A stretch of DNA of 32,000 nt from Crocosphaera subtropica ATCC 51142 (GCF_000017845.1 NC_010546.1:870001-902000), one strand, 5' to 3'. Positions 8,242 through 17,151 are shown, numbered from the stretch's first letter. The notes: a model not told the origin generated them from the sequence alone. Program-made: numbers and translations.

Positions 8242-9492
8242 CTAGCGAATATATTCTTTAAGAATACTATTACGGTTGGGATGACGTAACTTCCGCAATG
8301 CTTTCGCTTCAATTTGGCGAATGCGTTCACGGGTGACGTTGAAAATCTGCCCAATTTCCTCTAGGGTTTTCATCCGTCCATCATCCAATCCATAACGTAA
8401 CCGCAGAACATCTCTTTCTCTGGGGCTTAAGGTATCGAGAACATTCTCTAAATCTTCCCGTAAGAGATTCTTAGATACCTCATCTTCTGGGGTTTCTCCA
8501 TCCGCTTCAATAAAATCCCCCAAACGGGAGTCTTCTTCTTTCCCGATGGGGGTTTCTAGAGAGATAGGAAGTTGTGCGGACTTAGCGATGAACCGTAACT
8601 TCTCAATGGTCATTTCCATGCGAGTCGCAATTTCTTCTTCGGTGGGTTTACGACGCATTTCTTGAGACAGCAGTTTGGTGGTTTTCTTAATACGGGAGAT
8701 GGTTTCGTAAAGATGGACGGGAAGACGAATGGTACGGGATTGATCAGCGATCGCTCTAGTAATGGCTTGACGAATCCACCAAGTGGCGTAGGTAGAGAAT
8801 TTATAGCCTTTCTCATGGTCAAATTTTTCAGCAGCACGGATCAAACCTAACGACCCCTCCTGAATCAAATCTTGGAAAGACAAACCCCGATTCATGTATT
8901 TTTTAGCAATGGAAACCACTAAACGGAGGTTAGAGTGAACCATTTTATCCTTCGCTTTGCGTCCCAAATACAAACGACGCTTAAACTTAGGAAGATAGGC
9001 TTTAGACTCTAGTTTCCAAGTCTTCTCTAAATCTGAAATAATGTCGGCCTGTTGTAACATAGTGGTGACTTCAGACCATTTGGGATCTTTGTCTTTGGCC
9101 GATTGAGCGCGCAGCATTTGCTCAATATTTTCCCATTGAAAGATTCGTTTTCCCCATTGTTCGTCGGTGGGTTCTTGATCAAGTTCTTCCCATAGGGCTT
9201 CTCTAATGCGCTCAAGTTGGAGTAGATCAGCAATTTTTCGAGCCAGTTCAATTTCTTCTTCAGCCCGTAAAAGTCGAATGCGACCTATTTCTTGTAAATA
9301 AACCCGAATCGAATCCTCGGTGTAAGGTTTTTTCTTACTAGGATCTCGACGACGAGAAGCACTAATCTTGCGCGTTTTTTTAGTTTCTGTTTCAGCAATG
9401 TCATTGCCGGATGATTCTATGTCTTCATCAACAAAGAATGCGACTTCCATCTGAGATTCAGTAAGGGTTAATAGGTCGTTAGCCTGCGTCAT
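8242..9492 (-). CDS. sigA: RNA polymerase sigma-70 factor, principal (group 1) SigA/RpoD type
   Basis: 416 aa with an acidic N-terminus. Region 2 reads [41 protein letters not shown]. Region 4.2 reads [30 protein letters not shown]. The C-terminus [11 protein letters not shown] is typical of cyanobacterial SigA. Confidence 0.85.
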   Translation of the reverse strand: MTQANDLLTLTESQMEVAFFVDEDIESSGNDIAETETKKTRKISASRRRDPSKKKPYTEDSIRVYLQEIGRIRLLRAEEEIELARKIADLLQLERIREALWEELDQEPTDEQWGKRIFQWENIEQMLRAQSAKDKDPKWSEVTTMLQQADIISDLEKTWKLESKAYLPKFKRRLYLGRKAKDKMVHSNLRLVVSIAKKYMNRGLSFQDLIQEGSLGLIRAAEKFDHEKGYKFSTYATWWIRQAITRAIADQSRTIRLPVHLYETISRIKKTTKLLSQEMRRKPTEEEIATRMEMTIEKLRFIAKSAQLPISLETPIGKEEDSRLGDFIEADGETPEDEVSKNLLREDLENVLDTLSPRERDVLRLRYGLDDGRMKTLEEIGQIFNVTRERIRQIEAKALRKLRHPNRNSILKEYIR

Positions 9493-10126
9493 GCCGTTTT
9501 CCTCTTGCTCCTTCGGTGCAAAACTAGAAATAATGGTGAATTATTAGTTGAGTTAGTTAGATGAGTCTCGGTGGACTCTTTTTAGGATAGACTTAAATTC
9601 TCTTAGACGGTATCAAATTATCCAGATTTTTCACGATGGGAGGTAGTTCATTCCCTTATCATCAAAATCTCACAGTTCTCAGTCAAGAAAATTAAAGACT
9701 TATCCGATTGTAGCCTTGATTACTAAAAATCGGGGACAGTTTTTGCTTTAATGGCATCAAGATTTAGGCAATCTTGAGTGATAGTCCCCCCAGTTTAGGG
9801 TTAAAAGACTCAAAGCATAGGTCAACCGCTCAACTATTCTAGGGTAATTTCCGTCTGAGATTAGGTTTACCAAGGTAGAATTGGTTAACAAAAAGTGGTA
9901 TTTTTGTTTCTAACAGACGGAAAAATTTAGTTCTTTTACTCATACGTTAGCAAAGTTTTTGAGGGATCGATCTACTTTGGTGTAGCAAACAGCGATGAAA
10001 TATCAAAGTTTGATGACCCGTGATCCTTTCAAGGCAACTGATTGCCCTTGTAATAAAGAATAAGTGAAGATTGTAGTGTTTCCCCTCACCCTTTTAGTGA
10101 AAAAATCTTCAATGAGTTAAGTTTAT

Positions 10127-10585
10127 TTAAAGGACAGATAGGGTCAATAGACAGACCCCTATCCCCCAAGTGAGGCCAATCACAACTTGAAAAGGGGTAT
10201 GTCCGAGTAACTCTTTCAACCGCTCTTCTGTATTGAGGTGATGGGTATCGTGTATCAATTCGTCGAGCAATTGATTGAGTATCCGTGCTTGTTTGCCGGC
10301 TGCTTGACGGACTCCGGCCGCATCGTACATGACGATCACAGCAAATAAACAAGCAATGGCAAATTCTGGACTTTCCCAACCCCTAGTTAGGCCAACCCCT
10401 GTAGCCAAAGCCCCCACTAAAGCCGAATGTGCGCTAGGCATTCCCCCGGTGGTCACTAGGTAACGAAAGTTAATTTTGCGATGACGAATTAACTCAATAA
10501 TTAGCTTTAACCCTTGCGCCGAAAAGCAAGCGATCAAGGACACCAACAGTATTTTGTTGTGAAATATTATTGCAAAATCCTGCAT
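10127..10585 (-). CDS. Divergent PAP2 family membrane protein (DUF212, acid phosphatase/vanadium haloperoxidase-related)
   Basis: 152 aa with 4 TM helices and the family motif GGMPSAHSALVGAL. Confidence 0.8.
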   Translation of the reverse strand: MQDFAIIFHNKILLVSLIACFSAQGLKLIIELIRHRKINFRYLVTTGGMPSAHSALVGALATGVGLTRGWESPEFAIACLFAVIVMYDAAGVRQAAGKQARILNQLLDELIHDTHHLNTEERLKELLGHTPFQVVIGLTWGIGVCLLTLSVL

Positions 10586-10603
10586 GATTAATGGTGAAAA
10601 AGT

Positions 10604-11533
10604 TTAGTTTTTGCGAGCAACAATAAATTGAGCGATCGCTGTTAGGGGTTGAGCAGATTGGCCGTAGGGACTCAGTTGGGCGATCGCATCGTCAATCAGG
10701 GCTTGGGCTTGTTTTTGAGATTCTTCTAAGCCCCATAAACTGGGATAGGTGGCTTTTTGGTCCCGTTGATCTTTTCCTGCGGTTTTGCCTAATTCTTCGG
10801 TACTAGCGGTTACGTCTAAAATATCATCGATGATTTGGAAGGCTAAGCCAATGTTCTGAGCGTAACGAGATAGCCGTTCTATGTCTTCTGGCTTGGCTCC
10901 GGCTAAAATGGCTCCAGACACCACAGAAGTCTCTAATAATGCCCCTGTTTTATGGATATGGATAAATTTTAAGGTATCGACGGTAACATCGGCTCTGCCT
11001 TCCGATTCTAGGTCTAATACTTGACCCCCCACTAATCCAGCAGCCCCCACGGTTCGTCCTAAACGGGCAATGACATCCATGAGATTAGCTAAATCGACGT
11101 TACGGGTTTGGGTTGCAACATATTCAAAGGCGTAGGATAAAAGAGCATCTCCTGCTAAAATGGCAATATCTTCCCCATAAACCTTATGATTGGTCAATTT
11201 TCCCCGTCGGTAATCATCGTTATCCATAGCAGGGAGATCGTCATGAATCAAAGACATGGTATGAATCATTTCTAAGGCGCAAGCAGTGGGGAGAGACATT
11301 TCTCTAGTGCCTCCCATTAGCTCACAGGTAGTTAAGCAGAGAATGGGGCGTAATCGTTTTCCCCCCGCCAACAGAGAGTAGCGCATCGCTTCGTAGATTT
11401 TTTCGGGACGGGTAATGGGAAGGGACTGATCGAGGGCTGCTTCCACCAACTGTTTTTTTTCTTTAAGATAGGACGCAAGATCAAAATCCGATGTTTCTGT
11501 CTGCGTCACACGGTCTTCACCTGTCATAACCAT
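10604..11533 (-). CDS. crtE: Geranylgeranyl diphosphate synthase (type II polyprenyl synthase)
   Basis: The first aspartate-rich motif is [17 protein letters not shown] and the second is FQIIDDILD. The length is about 305 aa. Confidence 0.85.
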   Translation of the reverse strand: MVMTGEDRVTQTETSDFDLASYLKEKKQLVEAALDQSLPITRPEKIYEAMRYSLLAGGKRLRPILCLTTCELMGGTREMSLPTACALEMIHTMSLIHDDLPAMDNDDYRRGKLTNHKVYGEDIAILAGDALLSYAFEYVATQTRNVDLANLMDVIARLGRTVGAAGLVGGQVLDLESEGRADVTVDTLKFIHIHKTGALLETSVVSGAILAGAKPEDIERLSRYAQNIGLAFQIIDDILDVTASTEELGKTAGKDQRDQKATYPSLWGLEESQKQAQALIDDAIAQLSPYGQSAQPLTAIAQFIVARKN

Positions 11534-11619
11534 GTCTGAGTGCCTGTAATCAACTATTATTTTGTATCATTTCTATCAGTTTACTTTACCGCAAGTCTGC
11601 ACTCAATGGAGTCCCCAAA

Positions 11620-12093
11620 ATGATCGCCATTTATCCAGGAAGTTTTGATCCCATTACCCTTGGTCATCTCGATATCATTGAGCGAGGGGTTGTGTTATTT
11701 GAAAAAGTGATCGTGACGGTGATGTATAACCCCAATAAACGGCCGTTGTTTCCTGTAGAAAAAAGAATTGAGCAAATTACTAAATGTACCCAACATTTAC
11801 CTGGGGTTGAGGTGGACAGTTATAAGGGGTTAACGGTAGATTATGCAAAATTACGGAAAGCTCAAGTGTTATTACGGGGTTTACGGGTATTGTCGGATTT
11901 TGAAAAGGAATTACAGATGGCTCACACCAATAAAACTTTGGCTGAAGATGTGCAGACCATTTTCCTAGCCACTAACAAAGAGTATAGTTTTTTAAGTAGT
12001 AGTACGGTCAAAGAAATTGCTCAATTTGGGGGATCGGTTTCTCACATGGTTCCTGAAAATGTGCTGCGGGATCTGAGGGAGTATTATCGGTAA
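11620..12093 (+). CDS. coaD: Phosphopantetheine adenylyltransferase
   Basis: 157 aa. It carries [14 protein letters not shown] (the nucleotidyltransferase HxGH motif) and the ISSTxVREI-like motif SSSTVKEIA. Confidence 0.95.
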   Translation: MIAIYPGSFDPITLGHLDIIERGVVLFEKVIVTVMYNPNKRPLFPVEKRIEQITKCTQHLPGVEVDSYKGLTVDYAKLRKAQVLLRGLRVLSDFEKELQMAHTNKTLAEDVQTIFLATNKEYSFLSSSTVKEIAQFGGSVSHMVPENVLRDLREYYR

Positions 12094-12102
12094 AAGTAAA
12101 CT

Positions 12103-12259
12103 GTCATTGCGAGGAGGCAAAACTTTGACTGAATCTTAGTTTTAGTCTGATTTTTGCCTCCGAAGCAATCTCTAACAACACTCAACATAACAATAGATTG
12201 CTTCGGGGTATTTTTAGTGAGAGTTCAAGGTTAAAGTTGAGTTTCCCCCTCGCAATGAC
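12103..12259. repeat. 157-bp nested inverted-repeat element (MITE or structured RNA)
   Basis: The outer pair is a perfect 12-bp IR, GTCATTGCGAGG (12103-12114) with CCTCGCAATGAC (12248-12259). Inner hairpin 1 is GGAGGCAAAA (12113-12122) with TTTTGCCTCC (12152-12161). Inner hairpin 2 is CCGAAGCAATCT (12160-12171) with AGATTGCTTCGG (12195-12206), followed by GGTATTTTT. Confidence 0.6.
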
Positions 12260-12483
12260 CATCAAGAAATTATGAGTTTTTGGGGGGAAACACTAGGTCA
12301 TCCGTAGATTTGAGGATGTTAGCGATATCCACCACCAAAATATACACGAAGTTATACATTGCGCTAACACTAACCCTAACATCCAGTCTTTATCATTAAT
12401 GGTGATGGGAAAAATACATAAGTATAATCCCTATATCAGTTAACTTTTATGGGTTAACGGCTTACATATAAACGGAGTAAATC

Positions 12484-13131
12484 ATGAAAAAAGTTCTTTC
12501 TACTTTAGTTGGGGCTTCTGTATTAGCGACTGGTGGTATTAGTCTATCTGCTACTGATGTAGGTGCTTTGACTCTTGCTAATGGTACCACTACTTGTAGT
12601 ATTAGTAATCTTGATGGGGCTACTCATTGCGAAGGTGCATATGCAGGTAATGATTCTAATCAGAGTCTTGATGGTTTATTTGGTATTAACGGCTGGACAG
12701 AAGTTGTCAAAACAGAAGATGATACAAACGAGGGTAACGTATTCGATTCAATGGATGGCAGTTGGTCTAACACTGGCATGGGAGTAACATTGACTGTAAA
12801 TACTATTGGTGGGACATCAGGGACTTGGAGTGCTACTGGACTTGACTATTCTAACTACGACTATGTAGCAGTTTTAAAAGGTGGCCCAACTTTTTCTGCG
12901 TATAAGTTAGCTGATTTTACTATTGGCGGTAACTGGGATACATCAGGAATTCTAACAGGTGGCCAAAACCCTCAACCTAGTCCTGGTCTTTCTCATTTCA
13001 CACTTTATAAAACGCCTGGGACAGCCGTTCCCGAACCCCTCACCATCTTAGGTGCTGGTGCTGCCATCAGTTTCGGAACTGCGTTCAAGCGTAAGTTAGG
13101 TAAAGCTAAAAAGAGCAACGAAAAAGCATAA
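12484..13131 (+). CDS. Secreted PEP-CTERM sorting-domain protein
   Basis: 215 aa with an N-terminal signal peptide and a G/T/S/N-rich mature region. The C-terminus VPEPLTILGAGAAISFGTAFKRKLGKAKK is a PEP-CTERM anchor. Confidence 0.8.
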   Translation: MKKVLSTLVGASVLATGGISLSATDVGALTLANGTTTCSISNLDGATHCEGAYAGNDSNQSLDGLFGINGWTEVVKTEDDTNEGNVFDSMDGSWSNTGMGVTLTVNTIGGTSGTWSATGLDYSNYDYVAVLKGGPTFSAYKLADFTIGGNWDTSGILTGGQNPQPSPGLSHFTLYKTPGTAVPEPLTILGAGAAISFGTAFKRKLGKAKKSNEKA

Positions 13132-13144
13132 ATTTTACCTAAAT

Positions 13145-14628
13145 AACACGGGAGCATGAAAGCCATCGTCATTTATGCGATGGATGAAATGCGACTCGAT
13201 TGACGGGGCTTATAAAGTCCGCCCGCAGGTGCCAGACACAGCCCCTCGTTTTAACCAATTGTATCTTATTTTGCACACCTATGTAAGATATGTGTTAGGA
13301 TGTGTTCATGGCTATTTTAACCCTGACACTTAAACTTCCTTTTTATCGGTTAAACCAATGCAAATCGCAAGAGTTTGACCGATTAACTAAGTTGAACACG
13401 GGTATTGGTAATCAATTATTAGAAATCCCTAAAACAGATAGAAGAAAATACACCAGTAAAGATTTCAATCACGTTGAAATTGGATCGGGTTGGATTAATC
13501 AAACTATCCGTAATAGCTGTGCTGCAACGAAAGTCAAGAAGTTTAAATATTTGCCACTAGAGGTTAATAATCAAGGATGGCGGATTGAGAAAAAAGGTGA
13601 TATTTATTCAGTTGCTTTCTCAATTATTAGAGGGGTTAAAAAACGTATTCCTCTAGCTATTCATCAATCTAATCATACTGATGTTTTAGATAAAATCATA
13701 GCTAAATCTACCAAAAAAGGTAGTCTTAAGTTATGGAAATCTAAAAAGCGAGTGCGTAATTTGCCGTCGCACGGCAAATGTAAGACGCACTCAAGACAAG
13801 GTATTTGGTATGTTTTGTTATCGGTATCAATGGAAGTTCCTGATGCTGAACCAGTTAAAAATTGGATTGGAGTAGATAGAGGACAAAATCAAATTGCTGT
13901 TGCTAGTTTGCCTGATGGGTTTGGAAAGTTTTGGAATGGTCGTCAAATTAAACATTTAAGGCGACGTTATCAAAAACTTAGAAAACAACTCCAAAAAGCC
14001 AATAAACGCAAGGTAATTAAACGGTTAGAATCAAAAGAAAGACGAATCATAACCTATATTAACCATTGCATTTCTAAGCAGTTAGTCCAGTTTGCGTCAT
14101 ATTATGGTATGGGGTTAAGATTTGAAGATTTATCTAACATTAGACAAACTTCAAAACAATCCAAAAAAGTCAGGTCTGATGCAGGAAATAGTCGCCATGC
14201 TTGGTCATATTTCCAGTTAGAAACACTAACTCGCTATAAAGCTATTAAAAATGGTGTTCCTTTTGAATTAGTGCCAGCCCCATACACTTCTAAATCAGAT
14301 CATCGTAATGGTGTAATTGGCAAAAGAAATGGGCATTGGTTCAGAGGTTTTGACGGTTATCAATGCAATTCTGATTGGAATGCTAGTCAAAATATAGGTC
14401 AATGGTTAGGTTTTTCATGTCCTTTAGACCTTCAGAAAACTGTATTTGTAATGGATGCAGACGGTTTAAAGGATGGGGTCAATGGGAGTCCCCCCTCGCG
14501 CGTTCCCATGCGCCGTGCAACGGCGCGGGGTTGCTCGTCTTAACTAGAGTAATGTCTAATCAGGTGGATTTATCCCCTGATTAGATAACCTCTAGAATCC
14601 CTGTCAATTTATTGCAGGGAGTCTCAAC
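13145..14628 (+). mobile_element. IS200/IS605-family element carrying tnpB only (no tnpA); ends approximate
   Basis: The TnpB ORF is flanked by locally GC-rich structured DNA on both sides (13150-13250 and 14480-14628) within an otherwise AT-rich context. The boundaries are inferred, not proven. Confidence 0.45.
13308..14543 (+). CDS. tnpB: TnpB (IS605 OrfB-type) RNA-guided endonuclease-like protein
   Basis: RuvC-I is IGVDRGQN, RuvC-II is GLRFEDLSN, and RuvC-III is NSDWNASQNI (the NAAxNI-like motif). An arginine/lysine-rich helix (RRRYQKLRKQLQKANKRK) is present. The ATG at 13308 is preferred over the GTG at 13302. The last ~20 codons (GSPPSRVPMRRATARGCSS) run through a GC-rich RNA-structure region and may not reflect selection on the protein. 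Confidence 0.85.
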   Translation: MAILTLTLKLPFYRLNQCKSQEFDRLTKLNTGIGNQLLEIPKTDRRKYTSKDFNHVEIGSGWINQTIRNSCAATKVKKFKYLPLEVNNQGWRIEKKGDIYSVAFSIIRGVKKRIPLAIHQSNHTDVLDKIIAKSTKKGSLKLWKSKKRVRNLPSHGKCKTHSRQGIWYVLLSVSMEVPDAEPVKNWIGVDRGQNQIAVASLPDGFGKFWNGRQIKHLRRRYQKLRKQLQKANKRKVIKRLESKERRIITYINHCISKQLVQFASYYGMGLRFEDLSNIRQTSKQSKKVRSDAGNSRHAWSYFQLETLTRYKAIKNGVPFELVPAPYTSKSDHRNGVIGKRNGHWFRGFDGYQCNSDWNASQNIGQWLGFSCPLDLQKTVFVMDADGLKDGVNGSPPSRVPMRRATARGCSS

Positions 14629-14648
14629 TATCAGAGCAAACCTTTGAC
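14480..14648 (+). ncRNA. Putative omega-RNA (reRNA) scaffold plus flank-derived guide of the TnpB element
   Basis: The region overlaps the tnpB 3' end and contains several hairpins: GCGCCG/CGGCGC (14510-14526); CTAGAG...CTCTAG (14544-14595) enclosing the perfect 10-bp stem TCTAATCAGG/CCTGATTAGA (14555-14585); and CCCTG/CAGGG (14599-14619). It then reads GTCTCAAC (14621-14628). The position and architecture match known TnpB omega-RNAs. No expression data are available. Confidence 0.35.
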
Positions 14649-14651
14649 TGT

Positions 14652-14677
14652 TGCAGGTAAGTAATACCTGCATTTTT
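14652..14677 (+). terminator. Intrinsic terminator just beyond the TnpB element
   Basis: TGCAGGTA, loop AGTAA and TACCTGCA form a perfect 8-bp stem, followed by TTTTT. Confidence 0.55.
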
Positions 14678-14699
14678 CATAACACGATGTATTATGGTT

Positions 14700-14759
14700 A
14701 GGACATTAATGAGATTCCTTGTTCCTCGGAATGACAAATAAGGAAATGAATAATGTCCT
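14700..14759. repeat. 60-bp imperfect palindrome (hairpin element)
   Basis: AGGACATTAATGAGATTCCTT (14700-14720) pairs with AAGGAAATGAATAATGTCCT (14740-14759). The loop contains CCTCGGAATGAC, one mismatch from the terminal repeat CCTCGCAATGAC of the 12103-12259 element. Confidence 0.5.
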
Positions 14760-14816
14760 AATTAATTTTTGTACTCTTTGACAAGTTAAGTTTCTAATAA
14801 CTTTTGAGAATTGGTA

Positions 14817-15281
14817 TTAACTCCCATAAAAATCTTCATCAAGAATCTGTTCAATAGAAAAAGGACAATTAATAGGATAGTCACGTTCTTTGGGAACTCG
14901 TACCCCAAATTTGGCCAGTTTCCCTTCTTTTATAGCTAACTTTCTTCCATCTCCATAAGCTTTTTCCACTGCTTCTGGTAAAAAACGTCTCAAAGATGGG
15001 GTATCTGCTAAATTATCAAGAACACGCTGACGATGTTCTAATACAGAACTATACCAGCTTGCTTTCATGGTTTCAGGGGCATCTGACTGGACTTGCAACT
15101 TGAGTAAATGGCCTAACAAAATTTTTAGATTGCTTTTGAGTGCATTTTTCTCGGACTTACCCAAATCAACTAATTCCTCAATCAAATGCTCAATATCCAA
15201 GGATGCAAACTCACCATTTTTCAAGTGATTAATGGTTTGCTCGATCCACAGTTGTAAGTCTCGCTCATAAAGTTTGTTGGC
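14817..15281 (-). CDS. DUF29 family protein
   Basis: I prefer the start at MANKLYERDLQLWIEQTI, which removes the overlap with pstB. The motifs LDIEHLIEELVDLGKSEKNALKSNL...LLKL are characteristic of DUF29. Confidence 0.75.
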   Translation of the reverse strand, partial: ANKLYERDLQLWIEQTINHLKNGEFASLDIEHLIEELVDLGKSEKNALKSNLKILLGHLLKLQVQSDAPETMKASWYSSVLEHRQRVLDNLADTPSLRRFLPEAVEKAYGDGRKLAIKEGKLAKFGVRVPKERDYPINCPFSIEQILDEDFYGS

Positions 15282-15297
15282 CATTATATCTCTTAAA

Positions 15298-16092
15298 TTA
15301 ACCAAATCGTCCGCTAACATAGTCCCTAGTGGCTTCCTCCGCAGGATTTTGAAAGACCACCTCAGTTTGATCATATTCTACTAAATAACCCACTTTACCC
15401 CCTTTAGGAGTGGCTTCTGCGTTATAAAACGCCGTTAAATCTGATACCCGTGACGCTTGCTGCATATTGTGGGTAACAATCACAATGGTGTAATCTTTCT
15501 TGAGTTCGTGGATTAATTCTTCAATTTTTAGAGTAGAAATGGGGTCTAACGCTGCACAAGGTTCATCCATTAAAATAACATCTGGTTTAACGGCGATCGC
15601 CCGTGCAATACACAATCGTTGTTGTTGTCCTCCAGACAAGGCTAACCCACTTTGATGCAATTTATCTTTCGTTTCATCCCATACCGAGGCTTTTTTTAAG
15701 GAGGTTTCCACTAACTCACTCATATCTCCTTTATACCCGTTCAATCTAGCACCAAAAGCAATATTTTCGTAGATAGACTTGGGGAACGGGTTAGGTTTTT
15801 GGAATACCATACCAATGCGACACCGTAAGTCTACAGGGTCAACTTTTTTGGTATAAATATCCTTCCCGTGATAGGTAATTTTCCCGTCGATTCTCGCACT
15901 AGGAATGAGATCATTCATCCGATTAAAACAGCGTAAAACCGTACTTTTTCCACATCCCGAAGGACCAATAAACGCCACCACTTTATTAATAGGAATGTCT
16001 AAGGTAACATCCCTAACAGCTAAATTAGAACCGTAGAAAACGTTTAAGTTTTCAGTTCTTAAGACGGTTTCCGTTGCTACATTAGTCATCAT
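15298..16092 (-). CDS. pstB: Phosphate ABC transporter ATP-binding protein PstB (second copy)
   Basis: Walker A is GPSGCGKST, the ABC signature is LSGGQQQRL, Walker B is ILMDEP, and the C-terminus is YVSGRFG. The ATG at 16092 (MMTNVATE) is preferred over the TTG at 16110. Confidence 0.9.
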   Translation of the reverse strand: MMTNVATETVLRTENLNVFYGSNLAVRDVTLDIPINKVVAFIGPSGCGKSTVLRCFNRMNDLIPSARIDGKITYHGKDIYTKKVDPVDLRCRIGMVFQKPNPFPKSIYENIAFGARLNGYKGDMSELVETSLKKASVWDETKDKLHQSGLALSGGQQQRLCIARAIAVKPDVILMDEPCAALDPISTLKIEELIHELKKDYTIVIVTHNMQQASRVSDLTAFYNAEATPKGGKVGYLVEYDQTEVVFQNPAEEATRDYVSGRFG

Positions 16093-16138
16093 TTTTTTGT
16101 TGAACCTCAATAATTAAGTAACAATAATTCTCTAAAAA

Positions 16139-16954
16139 TCAACCAAAACGGCCACTGACATAATCTTTAGTATCCTGATGCTTAGGATCACCAAAAATTC
16201 TCTCTGTATGATCATATTCAACCAGAAAACCCACTTTACTTCCCTTGTCGGTGGCTTCTGCATTGAAAAAGGCTGTGTAATCAGCTACCCGTGTGGCTTG
16301 CTGCATATTATGGGTGACAATAACAATAGTATAATTTTCCTTTAATTCGTGCATTAATTCCTCAATTTTTAAGGTTGAAATCGGGTCTAATGCTGAACAA
16401 GGTTCGTCCATTAATACCACTTCAGGTTGAGCAGCAATGGTGCGAGCAATACACAATCTTTGTTGTTGTCCTCCAGACAAGGAAAAGCCACTTTCCCCTA
16501 ATTTATCCTTAACTTCATCCCACAAAACCGCTCGTTTTAAGGAAGTTTCTACTAACTCATCCAAATCTCCCTTAAAATTATTCACCCTAGCACCATAAGC
16601 AATATTATCATAGATGGTTTTAGGAAAAGGATTAGGTTTTTGAAACACCATACCGATGCGTTTTCTAACCTCAATAGGATCGATATCTGAGTCATATAAA
16701 TCCTGTCCGTGATAGTTTATTTTCCCATTAAGATGAAAACTATCAATGAGATCATTGAGTCGATTAAAACAGCGTAATATGGTACTTTTTCCGCATCCCG
16801 AAGGACCGATAAAAGCGGTTACTTTATTTTTAGGAATAGTAAAGGTAACGTCACGAACCGCCCGATAGTTTCCGTAATAAATATCGACGTGATCCAGGGA
16901 AAAAACTGTCTCTAAATTTTCTAATGGTATTGTATCTTGTTCCATATTTCCCAT
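16139..16954 (-). CDS. pstB: Phosphate ABC transporter ATP-binding protein PstB (first copy)
   Basis: It carries the same motif set as the other copy: [31 protein letters not shown]. The start at MGNMEQD (16954) is preferred over the extended track ORF. Confidence 0.9.
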   Translation of the reverse strand: MGNMEQDTIPLENLETVFSLDHVDIYYGNYRAVRDVTFTIPKNKVTAFIGPSGCGKSTILRCFNRLNDLIDSFHLNGKINYHGQDLYDSDIDPIEVRKRIGMVFQKPNPFPKTIYDNIAYGARVNNFKGDLDELVETSLKRAVLWDEVKDKLGESGFSLSGGQQQRLCIARTIAAQPEVVLMDEPCSALDPISTLKIEELMHELKENYTIVIVTHNMQQATRVADYTAFFNAEATDKGSKVGFLVEYDHTERIFGDPKHQDTKDYVSGRFG

Positions 16955-17093
16955 GATAATTGACTCCTTAAATAATTCATAGAACTCTGCATTTTTTTTG
17001 CTAATTAAGTGAATAATCAACTGATAACAGTTAATCTGTTGTACATTTAAACAGGCTATTTAAAGTTTTAGTACAAAGGCTTAAACGCTTTCT

Positions 17094-17142
17094 CCCTGCT
17101 CCCTACTCCCCACTCCCTACTCAGAAGCTCCCTGCCTTGCCC
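17094..17142. repeat. C-tract heptamer-like array in the pstA-pstB spacer
   Basis: The sequence is CCCTGCTCCCTACTCCCCACTCCCTACTCAGAAGCTCCCTGCCTTGCCC. It abuts CCGAACTCAGGTT (17141-17153), which overlaps the pstA stop codon. Confidence 0.75.
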
Positions 17143-17151
17143 GAACTCAGG

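Noticed and set aside
8133-9251. ORFs 8133-8354, 8610-8837, 8662-8850 and 9027-9251 overlapping sigA
   Set aside because: All are off-frame or antisense shadows within, or running into, the strongly supported sigma factor gene.
9563-9585. GAGTC-TCGGTG-GACTC followed by T5, a possible plus-strand terminator or small-RNA end upstream of sigA
   Set aside because: The stem is only 5 bp and no upstream plus-strand gene or promoter is evident, so the signal is too weak to report as a feature.
10086-10379. 97-aa minus-strand ORF overlapping the PAP2 gene
   Set aside because: It is an alternative frame of a well-supported membrane protein gene, and its Cys/Arg/Ser-rich composition is not protein-like.
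14402-14584. Alternative-frame 60-aa ORF containing CICNGC, which could be taken as a frameshift-rescued zinc finger for TnpB
   Set aside because: It lies after RuvC-III, whereas the TnpB zinc ribbon lies between RuvC-II and RuvC-III. It also overlaps the GC-rich hairpin region, so the cysteine codons are most likely a by-product of RNA-structure sequence.
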